From the human T2T-CHM13v2.0 reference genome, Homo sapiens, in the NCBI RefSeq assembly GCF_009914755.1, contig NC_060927.1: a DNA stretch of 64,000 nucleotides; one strand, given 5' to 3'. The translations under genes and the position numbers were made by a program. The notes beneath the pieces were generated by a model, which made no database searches, was not told where the DNA came from, and worked only from the letters and a program-made list of their open reading frames with translations. Below, piece by piece: positions 41,445-53,412 of the stretch; within the stretch, counting starts at the first letter, position 1; each line of letters opens with the position of its first letter.

Positions 41445-42370
41445 TGACAAAGATTCTTTCCTTGGCCAAACCCTAGCCAGGCTCCTCTGAGCTCTCTTCT
41501 CAACTAGGCCTCAATCTTGACCCACTACTTGAATAAAATGCTAACATCGTTTTTAACAGCAAAGGCAACCTCCCTAGGTTAACCCTAGACTCCCTTAAAG
41601 TGCCTGCCTGAAAAAGTTCAAGGTTACCAAAATACCTTATTATTTGTTCCAGCCAATATTTGAAGCTAAGGCCCCTGTCTCTCAGCCTCTGTTGGAGTGT
41701 AAGAGCTTAATTTTTAAAAGTTACCATTTAATAAACCCAGGTGAGCTTCACATGGACCTACTCCCCCTTCCCACTTTTTATAATTTTTTCAGTTTCATGA
41801 CCCTGCTTAGCCCCTGCTCACTTCCCTCCCTATTCCCATATTCTCTGTTTAAAACACCTGGTCGCTTTTTGGTATCATTTGAATGATGGTGTTCACTCCA
41901 ACGTTCATATTAAAACTTAGTTCATAATGCAACAGTATTAAGAGATGTGGTCTTTGGGAGGTGATTAAGTCATAAAGGCCCAACCCTCATGATTTGGATT
42001 AGCACCCTTAGGAAAAGGATTGGGGTTGAAGAGAACACTCTCTTGCCCTTCTGTCATCCCTTCTGCCATAGGATAACACCTAGGTGGTACCATCTATGAG
42101 GAATGGGCTTCCCCAGACACTGAATCTGCTGGTGCATTTATTTTGGATGCCCCAGCCTCTAGAACAGTGAGAAAATAAATTTCTCATTTTCATAAATTAC
42201 TGAGTCTCAGGTATGTTGTTATAGCAGCATAAATAAACCAAGACACTTTAGTATAAATCAAAGTTGAATTCAGTTTACATTGAATTCTTTTCCTATTGTA
42301 ATAGTGTGCTACTGATTAAAATCTGTCCTTATCATTTTAACTAGAGCCTGGTTTCTTCTTTATTCTTACT
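41445..42370 (+). mobile_element. MER31-like ERV1 LTR, split by an MST LTR
   Basis: TGACAAAGATTCTTTCCTTGGCCAAAC...CAGGCTCCTCTGAGCTCTCTTCTCAACTAGGCCTC; resumes with GTATAAATCAAAGTTGAATTCAG...ATTAAAATCTGTCCTTA. Confidence 0.75.
41870..42245 (+). mobile_element. MSTC/D-like MaLR solo LTR nested in MER31
   Basis: TTTGGGAGGTGATTAAGTCAT...CCAGACACTGAATCTGCTGG...CCAGCCTCTAGAACAGTGAGAAAATAAATTTC...TTATAGCAGCA...AAGACA; TSD ctttt/cttta. Confidence 0.85.
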
Positions 42371-42875
42371 GTTTTCACTCTTTGTTATTATTTTCCTATA
42401 TAATATAATGTTAACATACTCCACTTTTATGACAGAAACTATTTACTGCTAACTGAACTCTGTCAAAGACAATCATAAGTGAACCCCTTTAATAGGGAAA
42501 TATAAATTTAGAAAAACATATAGAAAAGATGAATGCTGGTGAAAGGGCCATGATCATCAGAAGGGAAATTAATTAGAGGGAACAAAGTTAAGATCATTTA
42601 GTAAAAATTTAGTTCAAGGAAATAGGTCAATGAATTCAAAAGAACGTGTACAGATCAACAAGGCGTCATTAGAAATAAACAACATAAAAAAGGGGTTCTG
42701 AAAAATGTTTTTATTCTTGTGAACATAAAAGTGAAGCATGCCAAGAACAGTCTGGGTTTGACAAATTGAATCAGAGGGTTAAACTGAAGCAAAATCTAGG
42801 ACACAGCACTACTGTTCCATGGCAATGAGCACCCTCTCCATGCTAATGATCATATAATAAGGAAGGGAACATTAG

Positions 42876-43668
42876 TTGTCTGGATTAAATTGTGTTTCTC
42901 CCCACTCCCAAAATTCACATGTTGAAGCCCTGACCTCCAATACGACTATATTTGGAGATAAGGTATATTAGTCCATTCTCACATTGCTATAAAGAAATGC
43001 CTGAGACTGGGTAATTTATAAAGAAAGACGTTTAACTGGCTCACAGTTCCACAGGCTGTACAGGAAGCATAGTAGTTTCGGCTTCTGGGAAGGCCTCAGG
43101 GAACATTTACTCATGGCGAAGGCAAAGTGGGAGCAGGCATCTTACATGGCAGGAGCAGGGCCAAAAGAGAGAGAGGAGGTGCTAAACACCTTTAAACAAC
43201 CAAATCTTGTGAGAACTCACTCACTATACAGTAGGAAGAGGGATGGTACTAAATCATTCTTGAGAACTCTATCCCATGGTCCAATACCTCCCACCAGACC
43301 CCACCACCAACGCTAGGGATTACAATTGAACATAAAATTTGTGTGGGGACACAGATCCAAACTATATCATAGGGCTTTTAGGAAGTCATAAGGGTGACAT
43401 CCTAATCCAATAGGATTTGTAGCTTTATAAAAAGAGGAGGAGAGAGAGATCACTCTCTTTCTCTCCACACACAGGTACCAAGGAAAGGCCCTGTGAACAC
43501 AGTGAGATGGCAGCTCTCTGCGGGCCAGGAAGACAGCCCTCACTAGAAACCAAATTGGCACCTTGATCTTAGACTTCCTAGACTTAAGAACTGTGAGAAA
43601 TAAAGTTCTATTGTTTAAGCCACACAGGCTATGTTATTTTGTTAAGGCGGCCCAAGCAGACTGATACA
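42876..43668 (+). mobile_element. MLT1A0-like MaLR solo LTR, split by MSTA
   Basis: CCAAAATTCACATGTTGAAGCCCTGACC...TATTTGGAGATA | ...CCTAATCCAATAGGA...CACCTTGATCTTAGACTTC...AGCAGACTGATACA; TSD attag/actag. Confidence 0.85.
42964..43369 (-). mobile_element. MSTA-like MaLR solo LTR nested in MLT1A0
   Basis: TATATTAGTCCATTCTCACATTGCTATAAAG...GGCTGTACAGGAAGCAT...GGGGACACAGATCCAAACTATATCA; TSD taagg/taggg. Confidence 0.9.
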
Positions 43669-43838
43669 ACTAGTAAATTTCATAAGTACTAATTAAAGGT
43701 ACAACCTCATAATATAGAAGAAAAGAGTTTTCCAACAAAGAATGAGGTCTCAGAGAGAACACTTGGCTTACAGGTAGAATTAATTCACTTCATGCCACAT
43801 TCCTGTTAGACCTTCTAGATATAGCACATACCTGTAGT

Positions 43839-44287
43839 CAAGGATTTCTCAACCTTGACACTCCTAACATTTTGGGCAGGATAATTCTTTGTTGTAGGGG
43901 ACAGTCATGTGCACTGTAGGTTATTGGCAGCATTCCCAGCACTTATCCAGCAGATGCCAGTAGAACTTCCTTCCCTTCCATCTCTCTGCTTCAGCCACAT
44001 TAGCCTCCTCACTGTTTCACCAACAGGCTGGCCATGTTCCTACCCTAACCAGGGCCTATGCTCTGATTGTTTCATCTGCTAGGAATACTTGCTCCAGACC
44101 TCCACAAGGATTATTCTCTTGTCCCCTTTAAGTCTTTGCTCAAGGTTTACCCTGACCCCCAGCTGTAATTACAAATCTTCCCCCTTAACCTTCTCCTTGC
44201 CCCACAGCTTTGACACCAAACTGTCTCTAAATATTGCCAAATGCTCCCTTTGGAGCAATATTACCTTTGGTTGAATACTACTACTGC
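43839..44287 (+). mobile_element. MER20 (hAT-Charlie) interrupted by an L2 fragment (~43975-44200)
   Basis: TTTCTCAACCTTGACACT...GGATAATTCTTTGTTGTAGGG...AGATGCCAGTAG | ...TGTCTCTAAATATTGCCAAATG...TGGTTGAA. Confidence 0.8.
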
Positions 44288-45069
44288 TATAGTTGGTACC
44301 AGCAACCTCAGTCTAATTCAATGACAATAATGTAGTTTCATATCCACATTGTTCTGCCTGCAATATTATCAGCATTGCTGGCAGAGAAAGATCTTTATGG
44401 GAAAAACAAAATATTGTACTTAAGTTTAAGTGGAACAAGATCAGAGTAATAAGAACAGTCTGCTATTAGGTTATTTATTTTCTCTTCCTCTTGTAAATGA
44501 TAGTGTTGGTCTGGTCCAGAAAGGGCAAGAAAAATAAAACAGAAAGTCAAATGAGTGCACATTTATGTAAGCTAGTCTTATCTCATCCTTATTTATTTGA
44601 GGCAAGTTACAGAAATATAAACAACAGGATAAAAATAAAGAATGTAGGGCAAAAGAAAAACCATAAAATATGACCATGGAAAGTTTGTATTCGAATTGAT
44701 GCCATAAGGTCCTGTGCTCTTGCTAGAAGTAGATGGGATGCAAATTTGGTATAGAACTCCTTAGTGATAGAGGAAAAAAATAAATGATCAATTACAAGAT
44801 CCACAGTGTTCATAAGTTTAAAGAAAGAGAAATAAAGTACTCAAGAGAAGATGACATTGAAAACAGGAAAATCTCCTTCATGGTTCTTCAAAACAAAAAC
44901 AAACCATGATCTATTAGACACTTCTTTAAATAATGCAATATTTTTATCTTTGACTTTTCTATACCTGTATTAGGCATAATCAATTTACGTATTTATGCCA
45001 AATTGGATGCACTAAATGTAACATAAAAATTTCCCCAGCTCATGAATAAATTGAATAATTCAATGAGTA

Positions 45070-45295
45070 GTAAAAGTATTAATGATAATTCTTTACATTT
45101 CCATTTCATTTACATTACCATATTTAATCCTTAGAAAATCATGTGAGCATTTGATAACACTTTTATAGATAAAACTAAGACTTAGAGAGGTCAAGTAACT
45201 TGCCCAAGATCAAACACCTAATTTGTGAAAAAAGCAGGATTTGAATCAATGACTTTTGGCTGTATGTTCATTTTTGTTTCATTATACTACCTGTC
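45070..45295 (-). mobile_element. MIR
   Basis: TTTTATAGATAAAACTAAGACTTAGAGAGGTCAAGTAACTTGCCCAAGATCA...GCAGGATTTGAATC. Confidence 0.8.
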
Positions 45296-45649
45296 TCTCC
45301 TCTACTAATATTTTGCATATAAATTTTACTTTAGTAAATATTTACTTTAATAGCACATAGCTATTGATAAGGAAGGCTTCAGAAGCACATGAAAGGAATC
45401 TGCATTTGAAGTGGCTTAAACAATAGCAAATGTATCACTTAGGGAAGCCAGGTCCCTGGTATAATAAGAACATGGGCATACAATATCTTAAAGAAATACT
45501 GATCTTTCTGCCTTTTTGTTCCATTATCCAGTGTCAACTTCATTCACATCTCCATTTTCACAACACGACTGCAGTAGTTCAAAGCAACAAGTGTAAACAT
45601 GGCACCTAGTGAGAAAAGAGACCATTTCTTATTTTTTAAAACAGTTCTA

Positions 45650-48370
45650 TTAAACATACCTTATTGTTTTCCTTTCATGTTGTTTTATTTGTTGTTGAAA
45701 GTAGAGTACTGAAATCTCCACCACTGTTGAGTTACCGATTTGTCCCTTCATTTCTGTCAGTTTTTGCTTCATGTATATTGGAGCTCTGTTATTAGGTGAA
45801 TATATGTTTATAACTGTTCTATCTTGCCAATGGATTGACCCTTTTATCATTATAAAATATCCCTTTTTTGTTCTAAGGTCTACTTTGTCTGATAGTATAT
45901 CAAGCTTTCTTGTAGGTATTGTTTGCATAATGTGTCTTTCCCCTTTTACTTTTAATTAAATCTTTTAATCTAAAGTGTTCTGTCCATTAACCACATATAG
46001 TCGGATCTTAGTGTTTTATCCAGTCTGATGATTTCTGTCTTTTTATTGGATTGTTTAATCCATTCATATTAATGTTATTACTGATATAGTTGGATCTATG
46101 TCTGCCATTTTACTTTTTGTCTTCTATGTCTCATTTTCTTGTTCCTATGTTTCTCCTTTACTGCTTTGTTTTGCATTTTATTAAATAGCACTTTAATTTC
46201 TTTAATAATTTGTAGCACTTTTTAGTTATATCCTTAATGATTACTCTAGGACATACCATATACATCTTACCTTATCTCAGATTTATACTAACTTAATTCT
46301 GGTTAGATGTAGAAACATTATTCCCATAAAGCTCTATTCTGTTTTTCCCCTTTTTGTAGTACTATTGTTATACAAATTACATCTATAAATATTACTAACT
46401 CAATAATACATTGTTAAAATTACTACATTATATAATTTTATGATTTTTAAAGAAGCTGAGAAAAGAGAAAGTGTATGTGTGTAGCTATTGTCATATTAAC
46501 GTTCTTATTTATCCTTTCTGATTCTCTTCATTTGTTTCTATTGATTTGTGTTACCATCTGAAGTTATTATCTTTGCCAAATACAGGTTGTTCTCACCTAT
46601 TTCATTTATTTGCAAATACATTATAATACAATATATACATATTTTTATATAATAACTTTTCAAATCAGTTTAGATAAAACAGAGAAAAGTATGCATTTAT
46701 ACTGACCTTTATAATTACATAACTATGTAATTATAAGCACATTTGCCAGTGGTTTTTTTTGTTTGTTTAGTCATGTGTATTTAGATTTACCATCTGGGGT
46801 CACTTGCTTTCAGCCAGAATTTCCATCAGTATTCCTTGTAAGGTGGGCCTACTAGAAACGAACTGGTTCAGTTTGTGTTTATTTGAATATGTCCTTATTT
46901 CGCCTTCATTTATGAAAGATAACTTTGCTGGATATAAGATTCTTAGTTGACTTTCTGTTTTTTTTACTTCAGCACTTTGAATATCTTATTCCAGTGCCTC
47001 TGGCCTCCAATTTTTCTCTGCTGAGAAGTCATATGCTAATCTTTGGGGCTTTTCTTGTAAATGACAAGTTATTTTTCTCTTGCTACTTTCTAGATTTTCT
47101 CCTTGTCTTTCGCTTTAAGCACTTTTGCTATGATGAATCTATTTGTGGATCTTTTTGCGTATTTAACCTACTTGAAGTTTGTTGAGCTTCCTGGATACAT
47201 AGGTTAGTATTATTCAACAAATTTGAGAACTTTTCATCCATTATTTCTTTAATATTTTTTCTGCTTCTTTGTACTTCTCCTCTCTTCCTGGTACTCCTAT
47301 CACATGTATGTTGGTTCACTTGTGTCCCACATTTCTCTGAAGCTCTCTTCACTTTCCTTCATTTATTTTTCTTCTTCCTCTTCAGATTGCATCATTTCTA
47401 TTGTCCTATCTTCAAGTTTATTAATTTTTTCTTTTGCTAGTTTAAATCTACTTAAGCACCTCTAGTAAATATTTTATTTTACTTATTCTACTTTTCAAAT
47501 CAAAAATTTACATTTTAATTTCTAATAGGATTTTTATCTCTTTATTGGTATTTTCCATTTGATGTGACATTGTCATCACATCTTACTTTAATTCTTTGTT
47601 TATTTATTTCTGTTTTTTTGAGACTGAGTCTCACTCTGTCACCCAGGCTGGAGTGCAGTGGGGTGATCTTGGCTCACTGCAGCCTCCGCCTCCTAGGTTC
47701 AAGCAATTCACCTGCCTCAGCCTCCTGAGTAGCTGAGATTACAGGTGCATGCCACCACACCCAGCTAGTTTTTGTATTTTCAGTAGAGACAGGGTTTCAT
47801 CACATTGGCCAGGCTAGTCTCAAACTCCTGACCCAGTGATCTGCCCACCTCGGCCTCCCAAAGTGTTGGGATTACAAGTGTGAGCCACCACACTACAGGT
47901 GTGAGCCACCGCTCCTGGCCTTACTTTAATTCTTTAATCATAGTTTTATTTCATTCATTAACACATATTTAACAGTTACTTTGAAGTCTTTTCTGGTATA
48001 TCTGACATCTTGTCCCTCTCACAGTCTGTTTCTGTTGCCTGCTTTTCTTTATGGCATATAGGTCATACATTCTTATTCATTTTCATTTCTCATAATTTTT
48101 TGTAGGTAACTGGACACTTTAGGTAATATATTATCACAACTCTGTGTACTAATATGCCCCTTACAGGGATTGTTATTGTTCTTTGTTTGTTTATTTGTTT
48201 AGTGACTGGTTGGATTATTTTAGTGAAGTCTATCTCCCATCCTTTTTAAGCCTCTGATTTTTGTCCTCAATTGGCACAACATTGGATATGCCCACAGTCA
48301 TTCCAGAATAAGTGTGGTTTTGGCTAGGCTGCCTTTGACTGTCTCTTTCTCTGAACCATACCCGTGTACC
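45650..48370 (-). mobile_element. Ancient L1M 5' portion (5'UTR, ORF1, start of ORF2 endonuclease)
   Basis: ORF 45650-45928 (ILSDKVD...GYFIMIKGSIH...INIYSPNNRAP...) is L1 endonuclease-like; 47128-47352 is ORF1-like (EIMDEKFSNL...IQEAQ). Confidence 0.85.
47598..47920 (-). mobile_element. Alu (AluS, Sx/Sz-like) with a duplicated 5' segment
   Basis: Full dimer; perfect 15-bp TSD TTACTTTAATTCTTT at 47583-47597 and 47921-47935. Confidence 0.95.
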
Positions 48371-48379
48371 TTAAGTATG

Positions 48380-48611
48380 CAAAACACAGTCTCATATTAG
48401 GGCATTTCCCTTTGCTTCTCCCTCATCTGAAAGACTTCTCCCAGATATTATCATGACTTACTTTCTCATTTCATTGTGATCTTTGGTCAAATATTACTTC
48501 CACAGAAAGCTCTTCTCTGCCAAATCTATCTAAAATAGCAGTCCCTGTTGGGTTTCTTTCCTGGTTTTATTTTTTCCCACAACACTTATACTAATGACAT
48601 AATAACATGTA

Positions 48612-48644
<33 letters not shown>

Positions 48645-48820
48645 CACCTTCATTATTATTATCCATCTCATACACTAGAATGTGATTCACAAAGCATGGG
48701 CCTTGCCTGCCACATTCACTGTTATACCATTCCTAGAGTCTAAAACAGGTCTTGGCACATAGTAGGCACTCACCAAATGTTGCTATGTAAATGAATGAGA
48801 AAATGAAGGAATGAATGCTG
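48380..48820 (+). mobile_element. L2a 3' portion containing an (ATT)n run
   Basis: CTATCTAAAATAGCA...CACTAGAATGT...TCTTGGCACATAGTAGGCACTCACCAAATGTTGCTATGTAAATGAATGA. Confidence 0.8.
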
Positions 48821-49199
48821 TCTCCTTATATTAGGCATTAAAAGTGGGGGAGAGTATGCTCCGGGAAGAAGACTAAGGATGAGAAGAACAAGGATGCTGA
48901 GACACCAAAGGCAAACTTCCCACCTTTGCCTTCTTGGGCTTATGCCTCTGTGTATCTGAGGAAGTAACTTCTACTGAAAAGGTTTATCTGCCTTATTACT
49001 TTGTTCTAAAATCTCTTAAATCCCAAGCTGCAAGGCAAGAGAGAGAAGGCACTGGTACAGTAAGAGAAAGGATTTTGAGTATGTTTAAGTTTTGTAAGCA
49101 CGCTCATTTTTAGGGTTAGGGAAATGTGTACAAAGACAAGTATAAAGGACCACAGCCACTCAGGAGAAAAGTTTACATGTAACTTTCAAAATATTTACC

Positions 49200-50130
49200 T
49201 ATGACTCTATGCAATCTCTACTCAATCAGATCACTCCTCTGCTAAAATTTCTTCAAAGATACCCCTAGTTATTTCAGGAAAAAGACTCAGATACTTACAT
49301 GATTAAAAGATCCTGTAGGATCTGGCTTCAGCCTTTCCCTCTAAGTGTGGATTAAGCAAACTGCTCCCCAACCTTGCTGGGCTCCATTGAGTTCTTCAAA
49401 TGGTTCCTCAGCACCTCTATCCAAATGGCCATGTACCCTGCAAACTTTCCTCTTCAGGCATTGCTTAGATAACCTTAACTCATGTTTTAGGTCTCAACTC
49501 AAATCTCACTTCTCACTTCTACTTAGGCCTCTTCTCACTTCCCTAAACTATGTAGTCCCCTGAATTAGGATAAAGTTGCCTTCTGTAACAAATGGGCTTC
49601 AACACAAAAATGACTCAAACTATTGTGTCTCACTCATACAGCGTCCAAGGCAGGATAATTTGAGGACACCGATGATATTATCTGAAACTTTTTTAACACA
49701 TGATTTAGAAGATTATCTCAATGCTAGTCAGCTGGATCAGGATAAGAGCATAGAGGAGCACATATAGGAGGTTTTATGAGCAAACCTGAAATTGGCAGAT
49801 ATCACATTTTCTCACATCCTAATGGCTAGATGTCAGTCATATGGCCATGCCTAACTGCAAGGGAGACTGGGAAATGTAATCTAGCTGCAGTCCCAGGAAA
49901 AAGCAGAGAATTTGGATTTTGGCAAAAAGGCAACAGAATCTGCCACAAGGCCCCCTTCCTCCTCCTCCTCCTCCATTATATATTTCTATACCACCTGACA
50001 TTTCTCTGTCACAAAGCTCAATGCACATGTTTTATGTTAGACTTGTAAAGTCTCTGAAGGCAGGGACTGGGTGTAACTATTCCCCGCTACATCCCTTGGC
50101 AAGTAGGATCTCAGTAAATATTACACTGAG
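49200..50130. mobile_element. L2 fragments interrupted by an MLT1J-like LTR (~49560-49940)
   Basis: L2: AGATCACTCCTCTGCTAAAA, TTAGGTCTCAACTCAAAT; MLT1: TCAGTCATATGGCCATGCCTAACTGCAAGGGAGACTGGGAAATGTAATCTAGCTG. Confidence 0.65.
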
Positions 50131-52393
50131 CATTGTGAAACTGCTATTTTGTTGGTCATAAAATGTCTAATATTAGCAATTTCAAAAAACAACCTTTAAG
50201 ACAAATCTTTGGCAAACAAGTTGTTTAGCAGACCGTCTCAGATAGGTTAGTGGAAAGCTACTACATAGAACTCAGCTGTTTTTCAACTTACTTCTTTCAA
50301 CTGGTACTAAGCTTTGTTAGGTAATTTAAATCCTTGCCAGGGAAACACTTGTAGAGCAAAATGTTTTATGGACTAACTCTGAGGTCATGCAGCCTGGGGA
50401 GATTCAGAGGAGAGGAGAGCTCACACACAGACCTCCACTCAGGCTTATGAGGAAGTTTTGTCATGCATGTTAATAAATGACAGACCTCCAGTGCTACCCT
50501 AATTAAGCAAACATTTGTTCAGCATCTACTATGTACCAGACATGTGTCCAGAGCCAAGGAATCAAAGATGAGTGCTTCGATTGCTTCCTTGGAGGAGATC
50601 ATAGACTTGCAAGGGATTCAAGGTCAGTTTGTTTTGGAAATACCCCTTTAGCAGTTTTTGGAAAAACGGGCAAGACAAGAGGAAGAAAAACCATCTGGGA
50701 GTTGATTTTAGTAGTCCAGGCAAGAGATAGTGCCCTATATTTTTTCCTTCACAACTTTTTCTTTCTTTCTTTCCTTGAAGGAGAAGAGACGGTAGAGAGA
50801 GGAGTGGTAATGGGAAAGGTGAAGAAGCACAACTATTTAATAAAGAACTCAATGGTCCCTCACCTGCTGATGAAGAAAGTAGCTAAGGCTCAGAAAAGGC
50901 AGCTGCCATGCAGATAAATATCAAATGAATGAGTGCGCTGTGCCTAGAAGGCATTCACCTAAGAAGTTCTCCCACTCCTTTCTAATCCCTTTAAATAGAG
51001 AAATATGCCACTAAAATTAAGAAAAATTAGGATCTCAAGAGTGTCAGGATTGAGGCTGTGCAGTCTTTTCCTGGAATCCACCTTGACACTTAAGACTCTA
51101 CCTTAATCCTATGAGTGTAATGTTGGAGCATTGAGAAGGAAACCCCTCTCTAGGGTGTGTGCATTTCATCATTTGTCAAGCACAAGCAGTCTTTTTGCTG
51201 GGTCTTTGTTGCTGTCAGGCTCTGAGCTAAAAATAGACTTTCCAAAGAAAGCTCCCTTTAGGTGGTCTTACCAAGGCAATTTACATTATCAGCTCCAAGC
51301 TGCAAGACTAATTTGGAACATTCCTGCATTTGATGTGCTCCCCGCCTTTTTTTTTTTTCTGGAATCTGCTTTTTTCACAATAGACCTTAAGGAATTGCTC
51401 ACTACAGAGATCTCAGATCTTGAACCAGGAATTAGGATGTGACTGAGGGGGTGGGGCTAGCATGGTTTAAGTACCTGTAAGTTCCAATCAGATTCTCTGC
51501 ACAGAGCTATCAAACTCTTCTGCCCATTTTTTCTCCTATGTTAAGGTTAAAAATATCCGCCTACAAATTTATACTCCTGTAAGCTTTCTACTAAATCTAG
51601 TCAACTCTGTGAGGTCACAATTAATTCACTTTTATAACACTTGGAGGGACGAGTCAGTTGCAGAATGCTCTGCAATTGTCACTGTTGAGACTGAAAGAGC
51701 ACCCACATCAGAGCACCAGGATCCCCAAAGCAGTGTTCAAATTGAGTAGCATGTCACAGTCAGATTGTTCTGGGCAGTGTCAGATACCTTGAGCCTGAAA
51801 TCTAGCTTTACCACTGCTTGCCCAGTTGTGGAGACTGGAAGCCCTGTACATGACGTGCCTAAGCCTCATTGGTAAATAATACGTTGTCAGAGTTGTCCTT
51901 GACCAAATGCCCCCTTCAGAGGCATGACTGTACCAACAAGTCCAACTTCTATTGCCAAAGGGCATGTGTAAAACCTGTCACGTTATCAAAAGAGCTTTTA
52001 AAGACAATTTTATTAGTTAGTCATTTTGACAACCGTGTGGGATGACAAATTTTACAGATGAAGAAATGAAAACTCAGCAAAGTAAATTGACTTGAGTCAA
52101 AATTTGCCCAAATTTCAAGCATCACAGTACTGGAAATAAAACTGATCATTATTTTAGTGAAACTCAACATTTATTTGATACTATGTCTTCCCATCCATAA
52201 ACAAGATACCTCTGACCATTAAAATCTCAAGTGTTGTTCACCATTTACTGATGCAACAGTTACAGACTAAATGACTAGGATATGCATCAGGTAACTCATA
52301 GCTTTTGCTGGTGTTCGGTTTTGGTTTATTCATTGTATATAAATTCCTACACAATCTTATAAAGACTATTTCTTAATTTTAAAAAATTATACT

Positions 52394-53412
52394 AAGATGG
52401 CCAAATAGGAACAGCTCCAGTCTACAGCTCCCAGCATGAGTGATGCAGAAGACGGGTGATTTCTGCATTTCCAACTGAGGTACCGGGTTCATCTCACTGG
52501 GGAGTGCTGGACAGTGGGTGCAGGACAGTGGGTGCAGCACACTGTGCGTGAGCTGAAGCAGGGCAAGGCATCGCCTCACCCAGGAAGCACAAGGGGTCAG
52601 GGAATTCCCTTTCCTAGTCAAAGAAAGGGGTGACAGACAGCACCTGGAAAACCGGGCCACTCCCACCCTAATACTGTGCTTTTCCAATGGGCTTAACAAA
52701 TGGCACACCAGGAGGTTATATCCCGCACCTGGCTCGGAGGGTCCTATGCCCACGGAGCCTCACTCATTGCTAGCACAGCAGTCTGAGATCAAACTGCAAG
52801 GCGGCAGCGAGGCTGGGGTAAGGGCGCCTGCCATTGCTGAGGCTTGAGTAGGTAAACAAAGCAGCCAGGAAGCTCGAACTGGGTGGAGCCCACCACAGCT
52901 CAAGGAGGCCTGCCTGCCTCTGTAGGCTCCACCTCTGGGGGCAGGGCACAGACAAACAAAAGGCAGCATAACCTCTGCAGAATTAAATGTCCCTGTCTGA
53001 CAGCTTTGAAGAGCGTAGTGGTTCTCCCAGCATGCAGCTTGAGATCTGAGAATGGGCAGACTGCCTCCTCAAGTGGGTCCCTGACCCCCGAGTAGCCTAA
53101 CTGGGAGTTAGGCTACCCCCAGTAAGGGCAGACTGACACCTCACATGGCCAGGTACTCCTCTGAGACAAAACTTCCAGAGGAACGATCAGGCAGCAACAT
53201 TTGCTGTTCACCAATATCCGCTGTTCTGCAGCCTCCGCTGCTGATACCCAGACAAACAGGGTCTGGAGTGGACCTCCTGTGAACTCCAACAGACCTGCAG
53301 CTGAGGGTCCTGACTATTAGAAGGAAAACTAACAAACAGAAAGGACATCCACACCAAAAACCCATCTGTAGGTCACCATCATCAAAGACCAAAGATAGAT
53401 AAAACCACAAAG
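52394..53412 (+). promoter_or_regulatory. L1 5'UTR (internal sense and antisense promoter region) with YY1 core at the 5' edge
   Basis: AAGATGGC core at 52394; about 1.02 kb long and retains the segment lost in younger L1s; many CpGs decayed. Confidence 0.8.
52760..52834 (-). pseudogene. L1 ORF0, prematurely terminated after 24 aa
   Basis: MAGALTPASLPPCSLISDCCASNE*, after which the same frame continues as ...GPSEPGAGYNLLV...RVGVARFSRC, matching the recalled ORF0 peptide. Confidence 0.75.
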
